Source: an uncultured Methanosarcinales archaeon
GTDB taxonomy: Archaea; Nanobdellota; Nanobdellia; Woesearchaeales; ARS49
Assembly (NCBI GenBank): GCA_964637115.1
Contig: CAZWVL010000003.1
Coordinates: 77,758-141,757 of the forward strand
Length of the DNA stretch: 64,000 nucleotides
Direction: 5' to 3'
The notes under the pieces were generated by a model. That model saw nothing but the letters and a program-made list of their open reading frames with translations, searched no databases and was not told where the DNA came from. The stretch's first letter is position 1, and every line of letters begins with the position of its first letter. Both the position numbers and the translations under genes were made by a program. Below are positions 9,401 through 17,504 of this stretch, piece by piece.

Positions 9401-12400
9401 AAAGCAGCAATTCCACCAGATTTCAAAAAAACACTCTGTGATGCAGCAGGCAAAAAATTCGGTCAGTGCAACATTGATGAAAAGTACATTTACGCCCAAG
9501 TAATTCAGGCCATTGGAAGCCCAGACAAAGACTACATCATCAAGCCAAACGAAGGGCTGATAAACTCAGTCAGATGCCTTTGCATCCCAACAATTGTTGG
9601 ATACCTCAAATTATGGAGAGGAATAATGGGAGCAGTAAAAAGCTGCATTGACACCATACTCCTGACTGGCGACGGAGAGAATGGAATGTGCCAGGCACTC
9701 GTCAGCAGATACGTCTGCGATTTATTGTATGACGCGCTTGCCTGCTTCACGCAAAAATTCGGCACAGGACAAGGAAGAGTAGAAAAAGAAGGCGGCGGAG
9801 ACATAATGGGGGCGTTAGTTTCTGCAGGAAGCGAAATGCAAAGAGAAGTGCAAGGCAGATATGGAGAAACAGGGCTTTACAAAGCAGTATTTGTCGACAG
9901 AAAATTAGTACACTCAATCTGCATGTGGGCGTTCACAGGAACGTGGAACTTCGACTTGGGAGCAATATTTGACCAAGCAATAGACGAAATCCCGATCAGC
10001 AGCCAGGCATTGCTAACACCGTGCAACAGAAGATTCGTAAGCTTCAACCCAACAACAAGACCAGGAGGACTGGTAACGTGGGTGTATCACTTCGGGTCAT
10101 TCTTCGCAGCAGGAGCAGACGCAGAAATAGAATTGCACCTTGTCTGCAGCGATGATTTCACGTGCAAAGAATCAGACGGCTTTGAAAACGGCAAGTGCGA
10201 CTGCCAAGGCAAAGGAAAAAGAGATATTGTTATCAGGCCGGAAAACCTTCCAACAAGAGCAAAGAAAAACCAAATCCTGAGCGAAGAAATATTCTTCACG
10301 ATGCAAGCAGGCAGCGGAGAGAGCAATGTTCGATATGACAAAGCATACCTCCTCTACAGGTGGAAAGAAGCAAACAAACAGATGAAAGAAGACAAGACAG
10401 AACCCTGCTCAATTGGATTAACAGGCGGCGGTGGAAGCATGCCTGCATTCTGCAGATGGGATCCGTTCACAGTAAGCTTCAGGTGCCAGTTTGGCGAAGC
10501 GGCAGGAGGAATACGCTTCAAATCAGGAAAACCAGACTACAAACATCCGACAGTAAAAGGCGGAGTTTTCGCACTTGACGAAAGCGTTAGTGTAGAACTG
10601 CAGATGCAGCAAGACTATCCAGGCGGAGAAAAGTACAACAAATACTTGCAGTACACCATACTAGGCCCAGGCAACAAAGAACTTGCCACTAACAAAGACA
10701 GAGGACTAATATTATTACAGACAAATGGCGATTACAATAAGCGATTATCAGCAGACGGCACGCCACCAGTGCCAATAGAAATAAAACGAGAATGGTTCAC
10801 AACAGTAGAAGCAGGAAAAACCTTTTCGGCCAGACAATGGGCAAAATCACCACAAAATCCAACAGGCACAGCAGCAGACAACAAAGTAATTGAAGATGTG
10901 CAATTGGTAGGACTTGTAGGAGCAGTAGCAGCACAAAAGCAGTTCGTGCTTGAGCTAACAAGACAAGGCGACAAAATAAATTATGCAGTCTACACAGCTG
11001 GCACGAACGACAAGCCAGGAGTGGGGGAAAAGGGCGGATTCTACGTTGCAACACCAGCACTCTGCACAGGCACAATTTCTGGAACGAAAATTACGTGCAC
11101 ACCATCAATAGCTCCAAGACCAGGGCAACCACCACAGCCGCAAGACACTCTAACAATAACACTCAAAGCAGATCCTCTTTACCCAACAGTAGACGAACTA
11201 ATCCAGCTGCACATAAACATGAACATTCCAAGAACATTAGCAGCTGACCCGTGCAAAGGAGACGTAAACAACAGGTATCAACAATCATTCAAAATGATGC
11301 TGATGGCATACGATGCAGATAATTATGGATCACCATCAGAACAAGTAGCAGTAGACCCGTATACAGGAGCGGAAGCGGTGTTTGAAATTCCATTTTATGC
11401 CATGTGCGCAACGGCAGATGAATTAAAGCCGCTGGAAGGAATACTTGGGCCAGCAGAAATATTGGCAGGACTGAGCAAGGACATAAACGCGTGGTTAGCA
11501 CCAGAAAAAGATTACAAGACCAAACTCGAAGGATTTGTCTCGCAACCACTCAAGATAGAACAAACTACGAGTGTGCAAAATCAACTCGACCAGATAATCT
11601 TTGGCGAAACGGCAAATTCAGTTGTACTCGAGAAATACAAAACCAATCTGAAGAATATAACAGGAATGGATGCAGTAAAAGCAGCAGTTGAAGAATTATA
11701 CAATATTATCAGACCTCCATTCCACGCTGAACTCGATTTGCGCAATGTTGTCGGCTTGTCAATTGATGCCAAAAATGTTATCACAAACGAGCTTAAAGGC
11801 ACGCCAAACGTGACAAAAATACAGGATGCGCTCAGACCAATCATACCAGAACTTCAGAAAGCACTCGAAGCAAAACAGAAATTACTAACTTTGCTGCCAG
11901 CAGCTGCAGGCGAAAAAGGAGCCTGCCCAAGCGGAAAACAAGTTCCAGAAAAAACAGGAGAATATTATCTCTGTGCAACATCCTTGCCATCAGACAAATG
12001 GGTTGAAGTAACGGACAGGCAATGCTACGCAGTTGAAAAACAAACATGCTACAAATTGTCGGCTTCAAACCTCTGTTACGACAAAAACACGAATGGAGAC
12101 ACGTTCCACTGCGACACAGAATGCAAAGGAAACTCAGAAACATCAAGTGAGCAACGCATTTGTCCGAAGAAAGAAGAGCCAACGTGTTGTGTAGTCAAGT
12201 CAACAATTGCGCAAAAACTCCTGCAACTGAAAAACCAAATCGGCCAGCAGCAAGGCGATGATGAAAGCTTCAGGTCAAGCATTACCACAACAAGGACAAA
12301 TGAAGAATTAATTACATATCTGGTTGGAACAGGCGATATAAATGTCCCAACACTGATATCAGAGCTGAAAGCATATGCGTCTTTGAAAAATCTTGAAAGA

Positions 12401-13687
12401 GAAGGGCTCTCAAGTGTTGTTGGGTCATCAGGCCTGACACCCACTGATGAAGTCAGACGTTTCATTGGCATGGATGAAGATTATGCCTGGAAAACAACAT
12501 TTATGGTATTTGGAATACCTTTTGAACTTCACGCTTTGTCGGTATCGGTTGAAAACTTGAATAAAATGAAAGACGACCTAGTGGCAATGGCACAAGCGCC
12601 GCCAACAGCGCCAAACGGACCATCTCCTGAAAACATAAAAGCAGCCATTGCCCGCATTTCATTGGAAGTTGGCGTTATTAAGGCAACGCGCGCACTTGCC
12701 ATCAATTCGCTTGACAAAGACCTAGGCATCATACCAAAGACTACAGAAGAAGTTGTAAAAGAAACTGCTGGTGCAGCGCCGGCAGCAGCGTCAGTTGCAG
12801 CCCCGCCAAAACTTCCGCTCAGCATCAACGGCAAAACAGACCTTGCAATTATTACAAAAGGAACAGATATTCAAGTCAAAATAATACTTCCAAAAAACGT
12901 ACAAGCCTTTGAGTACATTGAATTATTCGCATACAAAAGCAATGTTCACATTGCCACCTGGGACCTCAGAAACAACTACAATCCAAGCACGGGTGAGGCA
13001 ACATATATGTTAGGCCCAGACCAGTACGCCAATTTTGTAATAGGCGAAACATACGAATTTGACATGGCGTATAATCCGCCGCACACAATTGGAAACAAAG
13101 TACAAGTGAGAATAATTGTTCCGCCATGCGGAGACGGAAAAATAGACCAAGGAGAAGTATGCGACAGAAAGAGCGATGGAACAGTAATAGCAAGCAATGA
13201 AATGGTTTACAATCCAACCACATTTACTGCATACTGGCAGATTTATGCACCATCGATGGGACCATTCGGAGCGACTGAATATAGAGTATTGTTCAGCAAA
13301 AACATGCAGACGTTCTGTAATGATATCATTGGAGAAGATTGTGATGACAAGGTGGAATACTCTGCAGAAAAAGGATGGTGTTCAGGAGACTGCAAGAAAT
13401 TCATGCCAAGAGTTGGGTGCGTAGATGATGACACAATCGGCGACAGCGGAAGAGCAGCATATCTCACGCCAGAATTCTATTACGAAGGCACGGAAAAAAA
13501 GATGAACAACGTATGGTGGTATCTCTTCAGCGATCCAAACGCGGGAAGAAATGGATGCTATCCAACCACTGAAGAGGCAGGATTGCCTCCATACAACGAT
13601 AAATGGACAGAAGCACCAGTTCCAATAGACTATCCGCAATTTATGACCAAGCCCGCTCCTTTCCAACCTCCAACGGCACAACCATGA
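6455..13687 (+). CDS. Giant Cys-rich surface protein (2410 aa)
   Basis: Uninterrupted 7.2-kb ORF. The signal-like h-region is VALFMAFLIIMLPIVDAQA. N-terminal modules are separated by VDNSPP / YDTGPP junctions, consistent with an Ig-like array. There are many Cys clusters, including CLCIP...C-x8-C, and a CGDGKIDQGEVCD repeat near the C-terminus. The exact start is uncertain: the ATG at 6455 overlaps the upstream stop, but the hairpin lies before the signal peptide. Confidence 0.85.
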   Translation: MDKNTKEEKRKVNYLTRSLSEFFSPTLCKGEKNSPHHRTLARRQLGSVALFMAFLIIMLPIVDAQAIGDQPTAQGEETTVKPLFVNATIPRYPRTMKIDIAGITKPGATITININGADVKKDIIDDGTFLFKQVQLQASNAIIITAELGGETATQTYQADVDNSPPLINITTTPVVTAASSTVKVKVSEPVNLTVQAGNQTNKSYSLQAGSNDVKIELQPGENMVGFTAVDRAGFKSFIEERIVYDTGPPRFEKTNLNQLSPTYRQEVEVKGKLSEPGSVTAFVNGKPQKTEATASDGSFSIKVKLERSLSVTAGSQSASGVTGGAVSIEQGIQWKSKLRLEAIDAAGLKATTEEVEIAYSICGSGTWIDVQLTDPMPDILNPRLIIEGIQQVGIGFNYTYRGGAKAEIDARSIRIRTLMLSPEVRKEFDNNLVMVRAPNVRAQRATKPSGVGYIQVNFNPLEDPWSLPEKDGKKEEAPANATMFDREQRISQHREGDCITPGFGCMKLFLELEIPFTETTRKMAYDPIVRGTLEKDVVEPLTQRTCIDVNIAIDKRVPPDVLPSGLLRASSEFLGAVIQGIDKVLMPIQTIGKYLFYTCVAGQFLSLVPIVLEKYNCEFRKVADVLAGGEGAFDPNVAAINACDAEYGAGSDAADNCNTCHKWKDYRKKFVRTYRQICDRVMCPAAPSLQYYLKTRGRESPTEVKAENAKADPVIAQYAQGGKLFAGSDCAAWVDVNKRKEERGTKKPVLAPRLFFTTDEIQKIYDNWLKHQSNTAGETETGGVNCAGLHPATPECCGYEYMQEWSSACGTSALGQSLDTFDEIKESTCLAAQRSGKNEIGGLEGESIQCNKLLNAASGFCEKNGMPPLTPIRVTTIDARKAESLELQKYAESNDLYIIVQDKGAASSILGVVPTGQSQGYSIKLGLIIKTLEFQKSDKPEIIATSERSKLTEKLDVIEYPEYTAFQTSFFSQEQIDVYREKAAIPPDFKKTLCDAAGKKFGQCNIDEKYIYAQVIQAIGSPDKDYIIKPNEGLINSVRCLCIPTIVGYLKLWRGIMGAVKSCIDTILLTGDGENGMCQALVSRYVCDLLYDALACFTQKFGTGQGRVEKEGGGDIMGALVSAGSEMQREVQGRYGETGLYKAVFVDRKLVHSICMWAFTGTWNFDLGAIFDQAIDEIPISSQALLTPCNRRFVSFNPTTRPGGLVTWVYHFGSFFAAGADAEIELHLVCSDDFTCKESDGFENGKCDCQGKGKRDIVIRPENLPTRAKKNQILSEEIFFTMQAGSGESNVRYDKAYLLYRWKEANKQMKEDKTEPCSIGLTGGGGSMPAFCRWDPFTVSFRCQFGEAAGGIRFKSGKPDYKHPTVKGGVFALDESVSVELQMQQDYPGGEKYNKYLQYTILGPGNKELATNKDRGLILLQTNGDYNKRLSADGTPPVPIEIKREWFTTVEAGKTFSARQWAKSPQNPTGTAADNKVIEDVQLVGLVGAVAAQKQFVLELTRQGDKINYAVYTAGTNDKPGVGEKGGFYVATPALCTGTISGTKITCTPSIAPRPGQPPQPQDTLTITLKADPLYPTVDELIQLHINMNIPRTLAADPCKGDVNNRYQQSFKMMLMAYDADNYGSPSEQVAVDPYTGAEAVFEIPFYAMCATADELKPLEGILGPAEILAGLSKDINAWLAPEKDYKTKLEGFVSQPLKIEQTTSVQNQLDQIIFGETANSVVLEKYKTNLKNITGMDAVKAAVEELYNIIRPPFHAELDLRNVVGLSIDAKNVITNELKGTPNVTKIQDALRPIIPELQKALEAKQKLLTLLPAAAGEKGACPSGKQVPEKTGEYYLCATSLPSDKWVEVTDRQCYAVEKQTCYKLSASNLCYDKNTNGDTFHCDTECKGNSETSSEQRICPKKEEPTCCVVKSTIAQKLLQLKNQIGQQQGDDESFRSSITTTRTNEELITYLVGTGDINVPTLISELKAYASLKNLEREGLSSVVGSSGLTPTDEVRRFIGMDEDYAWKTTFMVFGIPFELHALSVSVENLNKMKDDLVAMAQAPPTAPNGPSPENIKAAIARISLEVGVIKATRALAINSLDKDLGIIPKTTEEVVKETAGAAPAAASVAAPPKLPLSINGKTDLAIITKGTDIQVKIILPKNVQAFEYIELFAYKSNVHIATWDLRNNYNPSTGEATYMLGPDQYANFVIGETYEFDMAYNPPHTIGNKVQVRIIVPPCGDGKIDQGEVCDRKSDGTVIASNEMVYNPTTFTAYWQIYAPSMGPFGATEYRVLFSKNMQTFCNDIIGEDCDDKVEYSAEKGWCSGDCKKFMPRVGCVDDDTIGDSGRAAYLTPEFYYEGTEKKMNNVWWYLFSDPNAGRNGCYPTTEEAGLPPYNDKWTEAPVPIDYPQFMTKPAPFQPPTAQP
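6513..6557. repeat. Perfect 17-bp inverted repeat (hairpin) at the junction of the 677-aa and 2410-aa ORFs
   Basis: GTGAATTTTTCTCCCCC (6513-6529), an 11-nt loop, then GGGGGAGAAAAATTCAC (6541-6557), an exact reverse complement. Confidence 0.9.
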
Positions 13688-14493
13688 CCCTAATTACAAC
13701 CCTCCCCCTCGCCTGGAAGGCATTCACTGAAAACAAGAAGTATTTGATATGGATAATCCTAATAGAATTCGTATTCCTCTTTGTTCTAACTCAAATACAT
13801 TTGATGTACTTCGTGCCAAGCGCAGAAGCAGCAGCAAGAGCAGGAGAAATAATGACGCAAGAAGTACAGAAATTGCCGGAAACAGAAATTTATCAGCTTG
13901 AAACACTGCTTGTGAAAAATGAAGGCTTTATGACAGCATACAACGAGTTGCTTGCCTATATGGGCTTTTTCATAATAAGCCTGTTTATTGCATTTGTTGT
14001 TTTCAGAACTCCATTATGGTATATCTCGCACAAAAGCATACTGAAGAAAATGCCCTGGAAACCAGTGCTGATAAAGTTTCCATTGCTTTCACTGTTCTGG
14101 TTTGTAGTGCTGGTAATAGCTTTTTCACTTTACAGCATTGGCACAGGCAGCACAACAACAGTACTGCCAATTTTCAGCCCGTTCTGGGTGACGATACTAA
14201 TGTACATAGTATTTCTGGCTATCTTTTACTTCTCCCAAATCAGTTTTGCTCTCATCCCGTCACAACAAACCTTTAAGAATACGTTCATCTATGGCACTAG
14301 ACATGCAAAAACAATCATTCCAGCATTCCTCGTCAACGCAATCATTACTTTCATTGTCTGCTCATTGCCATTCAACTGGATTACAACAAAACCACTCATC
14401 TCGCTCGCAATCATACTCATCATCACAATTCCAGCACTTGCATTTGCAAGACTGCACATCATAGTAGCAACATGGCAAAAACCGCAATCATAA
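13684..14493 (+). CDS. Polytopic membrane protein (about 269 aa), apparent paralog of 3546..4427
   Basis: The ATG at 13684 overlaps the giant ORF's TGA (ATGA 13684-13687), and the track start at 13603 is inside the upstream gene. It has 6-7 hydrophobic helices with a soluble helical insert after the first TM. Confidence 0.75.
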   Translation: MTLITTLPLAWKAFTENKKYLIWIILIEFVFLFVLTQIHLMYFVPSAEAAARAGEIMTQEVQKLPETEIYQLETLLVKNEGFMTAYNELLAYMGFFIISLFIAFVVFRTPLWYISHKSILKKMPWKPVLIKFPLLSLFWFVVLVIAFSLYSIGTGSTTTVLPIFSPFWVTILMYIVFLAIFYFSQISFALIPSQQTFKNTFIYGTRHAKTIIPAFLVNAIITFIVCSLPFNWITTKPLISLAIILIITIPALAFARLHIIVATWQKPQS

Positions 14494-15071
14494 CAATATT
14501 GCTGATATTCGTAGTAGTTCTGTTAGTTTACATAGCAGTCAGACAGCCAGCAGTTGTAACAACGCCCGCACAGCCAACGCCAATACAGCAGCTAACGCCA
14601 AGGGCGCCAGCAATAGAAGTCGGCGTGCCAACGCAAAAAGCGCCCGTGACAAAACAACCGGCAGCAGGAATTGAAATAGAAAAAGTCATACCGCAAGAAG
14701 TAAACTTCTGGATAAATGACATAAGAGCGCCAGAAACAACCACGTATGCAGAAGGATTAAACTTCATACCAATCAAGCAAAGCGACATCAAAACATTTGC
14801 AGGAAGCTTTGGACCATACTTTGAAGACCCGACTCCGCATATGAAAGTAGTCCTTTGCGCAGAATATTACAAAGTCGCTGCAGCACCAGCCTGCGAAGTC
14901 GTGCAATTAGTATTCCAAGACAAGTATGCAACGTTCGCACGCGGATACCAATTTGACGAGTACATAGGCGGAATGGCAGCAAAAGACTACGTTGCCTATT
15001 ACACAATTTACGCCGGAGAAGCTCCAGTTGGATACAGCAACAAAGCGGTCATTAGAACAGTAAGAGATTAA
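14472..15071 (+). CDS. N-terminally anchored exported protein (199 aa)
   Basis: TM anchor MAKTAIITILLIFVVVLLVYIAV, a P/T/Q-rich linker, then a ~130-aa globular domain. It overlaps the upstream gene by 22 nt and is the last gene before a T-rich terminator. Confidence 0.75.
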   Translation: MAKTAIITILLIFVVVLLVYIAVRQPAVVTTPAQPTPIQQLTPRAPAIEVGVPTQKAPVTKQPAAGIEIEKVIPQEVNFWINDIRAPETTTYAEGLNFIPIKQSDIKTFAGSFGPYFEDPTPHMKVVLCAEYYKVAAAPACEVVQLVFQDKYATFARGYQFDEYIGGMAAKDYVAYYTIYAGEAPVGYSNKAVIRTVRD

Positions 15072-15078
15072 ATTCCGA

Positions 15079-15095
15079 TTTTTTCCATCTTTTTT
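15079..15095 (+). terminator. T-rich archaeal-type terminator of the 15-kb operon
   Basis: Two T6 runs (15079-15084 and 15090-15095) lie directly after the stop at 15069-15071. This is the first such signal after seven coupled genes. Confidence 0.55.
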
Positions 15096-15227
15096 GAAAT
15101 TCTTCCAACTCTCATCGTAAACTTTCCAACATTTTCGTCGATGAATCCATTAAGGAGTTCTGTTTGTTACTTTTTGGCCTGCGCGCCTGCACCGGTGCTC
15201 GCTCAGCAGACGTGCAGGCCGCTCACA

Positions 15228-15380
15228 ATGAAATGGGAAGTAACAATCGCTGAATTTGAAGATGCAGAAGGAAAGAAATACAAAGTGACACGGCGAATGC
15301 CGGAATTATTTGTTGCTGAAACAAAGATCTTTACTTCAAAAGAAGCAGCAAAAAAGCAATTTGAGGAATGGCTACGCTAA
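15228..15380 (+). CDS. Small hypothetical protein (50 aa)
   Basis: MKWEVTIAEFEDAEGKKYKVTRRMPELFVAETKIFTSKEAAKKQFEEWLR. The longer track ORF from 15141 runs through a GC-rich hairpin and looks like an artefactual extension. Confidence 0.4.
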   Translation: MKWEVTIAEFEDAEGKKYKVTRRMPELFVAETKIFTSKEAAKKQFEEWLR

Positions 15381-15677
15381 TTCGGCTTCTTTTTTCTTCA
15401 ACAATTCAACCAGCTCCGGCTGCTTGTAAAAGAACGTGTCGGGGACATTTATAGAGATAATTCTCTTCTTCAATATAAATTCAGGAAACCGTTTGGCAAG
15501 TTCTGTCCGCTGTTCTTCTTCCATTACCACAATTTCATCAGCCCATGATATTTCTTCAGCAGACACAGGCTTTTCGCAGTACAATCCAGCAGACTTAGTC
15601 TCAAATTTACTTCTGAAAACTTCGGCAGCAGTAGGGCTCCTGTGCCTGTTTTGATTACAGATAAACAAGACTTTCAT
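15372..15677 (-). CDS. Short low-molecular-weight phosphatase-like protein (CX5R(S/T) P-loop)
   Basis: The N-terminal MKVLFICNQNRHRSP matches the C-x5-R-S signature of LMW-PTP/ArsC-type phosphatases. At 101 aa it is shorter than classical LMW-PTPs. Confidence 0.6.
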   Translation of the reverse strand: MKVLFICNQNRHRSPTAAEVFRSKFETKSAGLYCEKPVSAEEISWADEIVVMEEEQRTELAKRFPEFILKKRIISINVPDTFFYKQPELVELLKKKEAELA

Positions 15678-15729
15678 GCATTAGCTTATATTCCAAACCT
15701 TTAAAAAGCTTCCTCGAGAAAACACGCTT

Positions 15730-16701
15730 ATGAACCTCCAAGGACTAGGCAAAGTAGATGACTATCAGAAATTGCTCGACATAGCTTTCAAGAACGGAGT
15801 AGCAAGCGCTTCAGAATCCAGAGCGCAGACAACTAGTCCAAATAAGATGGTTAGAAGCAGGCGCATCGAAATAGCGCGCATAGAATCTGTTGGCAAGTCT
15901 CTTATCAACAGCCTTGACTTTATAGGCAGATGCTTTCCTTCATTAGACCAATTAGCACCCTTTTATCAAGAACTAGTCAAGTGCACTCTTGATTACGGAA
16001 TGCTCAAACAGAGTTTGGGAGCACTTGCATGGGCAAAAAAACAGATAACGGGATTATTGCACAAGTACACAAAAGAAATTTCACAAGCAAGAATACTCGG
16101 ACAGTTCAACAAACTGCGCATTGCATTCTCAGGAAGAACATGCTCAGTCATGAAACAGATAAAAGACAATCTTGAGTATCTTGAATATTGCAGAAAAACA
16201 ATGAAAGGATATCCTTCACTCAAGACGAAAGTAAATACCATAGTCATTGCAGGCTCGCCAAACGTCGGCAAGAGCACCCTTCTTGCAGCATTAACTGGAA
16301 GCAAGCCAAAAACAGCGAGCTATCCGTTCACAACACTAAAACTCAATCTGGGCTATGACTCAGAAGAGAATCAGTACATCGACACTCCAGGACTTCTTGA
16401 CAGGCCGTTTGAAAAAAGAAATCCAATAGAGCGGCAAGCAATACTTGCACTCAGGCACGTTGCAACAGTCATTGTATTCGTTGTAGACCCAACAGAAACC
16501 TGCGGCTATCCATTAACAGAACAGCAGAATTTACTTGACGATATCAAAAAATTATTCGACAAGCCAATAATTCTTGTAGCAAACAAAGCAGACACGGGTG
16601 CGAAGTACAAGAACGCCATAGAAGTCAGCGCCAAAGAAGGAACTGGCCTTGACAAATTAAAAAAAGAAATTACTTCCTTGCTTTCTCGCCAAACCAAATA
16701 A
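15730..16701 (+). CDS. Nog1-type (archaeal) GTP-binding protein
   Basis: G1 GSPNVGKST, G3 DTPGLLD and G4 NKAD. A helical N-terminal region of ~170 aa precedes the G domain, as in NOG1/archaeal homologs. Confidence 0.8.
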   Translation: MNLQGLGKVDDYQKLLDIAFKNGVASASESRAQTTSPNKMVRSRRIEIARIESVGKSLINSLDFIGRCFPSLDQLAPFYQELVKCTLDYGMLKQSLGALAWAKKQITGLLHKYTKEISQARILGQFNKLRIAFSGRTCSVMKQIKDNLEYLEYCRKTMKGYPSLKTKVNTIVIAGSPNVGKSTLLAALTGSKPKTASYPFTTLKLNLGYDSEENQYIDTPGLLDRPFEKRNPIERQAILALRHVATVIVFVVDPTETCGYPLTEQQNLLDDIKKLFDKPIILVANKADTGAKYKNAIEVSAKEGTGLDKLKKEITSLLSRQTK

Positions 16702-17134
16702 GCGCGACGCCCAAAATAATGTAGATGCCTGCAATCAGCCATGCCTTAGGAACATAAGAATCAATATATTTCTGCAATAATGGCGTGATTTTTCCAAACA
16801 TACTCAAAAATTCTCCCATACGACGTGGACCTGCAAATGAAACGATAACTGCCAACAGGCCAGGAATTAAAGTGAATAAGCCAAGCACGCGCAACGCAAT
16901 TTTCTTTGTTTTGGAGAAATAAAACACAAGCGCAAAACCCAAAATAATTGAGCCAAGCGCAATTCCAAACGCATACCGTGCGTCAACCAATTGATTTGGT
17001 GTTAAGGCCAATGGCAGCAACGGAATCAGTGCAGTAAGTCCGAAAAAATAGAACAGGCGCGCAATAATGCTGATGACTTGCAAGACAACCAGCTCTTTCA
17101 CCCGCTTTTCTAACTTCATACTATTCTTGCGCAA
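16670..17134 (-). CDS. Membrane protein (4 TM), unknown function
   Basis: 154 aa with four hydrophobic helices. Its 3' end overlaps the convergent GTPase gene by 32 nt. Confidence 0.55.
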   Translation of the reverse strand: MRKNSMKLEKRVKELVVLQVISIIARLFYFFGLTALIPLLPLALTPNQLVDARYAFGIALGSIILGFALVFYFSKTKKIALRVLGLFTLIPGLLAVIVSFAGPRRMGEFLSMFGKITPLLQKYIDSYVPKAWLIAGIYIILGVALIWFGEKARK

Positions 17135-17178
17135 CTAAAAGTATAAAAAGATATCTCTGCGCGAATCATATCAGTAAA

Positions 17179-17472
17179 TTATGCGGTTCTAGCGTAAGGC
17201 AAGGAAAGTTCCAAGGCCGATTCCAACAATTCAGGTTTAGGAGGCAGGTTATTTATCAGGCGCGTGAAGTAAGCACAAACATTATTCCGCGCAACATCAA
17301 AACGGTCAGCAGTCATGTCCAAACTGCTTCTTACGGGGCCCAGCTCAGAACGATATTTAGAATGTACGACGTTGAATTGCCTATTCACTCCAGAATAGCC
17401 CTGCAGGTCATTAGTTCGTGCGCACCTCACCAAGCGCACTACCAGCTCGTACAGCTGGGATTCCTGCACCAT
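17179..17472 (-). CDS. Hypothetical protein (97 aa)
   Basis: ORF only, with no recognisable motif. Confidence 0.4.
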   Translation of the reverse strand: MVQESQLYELVVRLVRCARTNDLQGYSGVNRQFNVVHSKYRSELGPVRSSLDMTADRFDVARNNVCAYFTRLINNLPPKPELLESALELSLPYARTA

Positions 17473-17504
17473 AACGAAAATACATGTCTTTCTAGAATAA
17501 AAAG

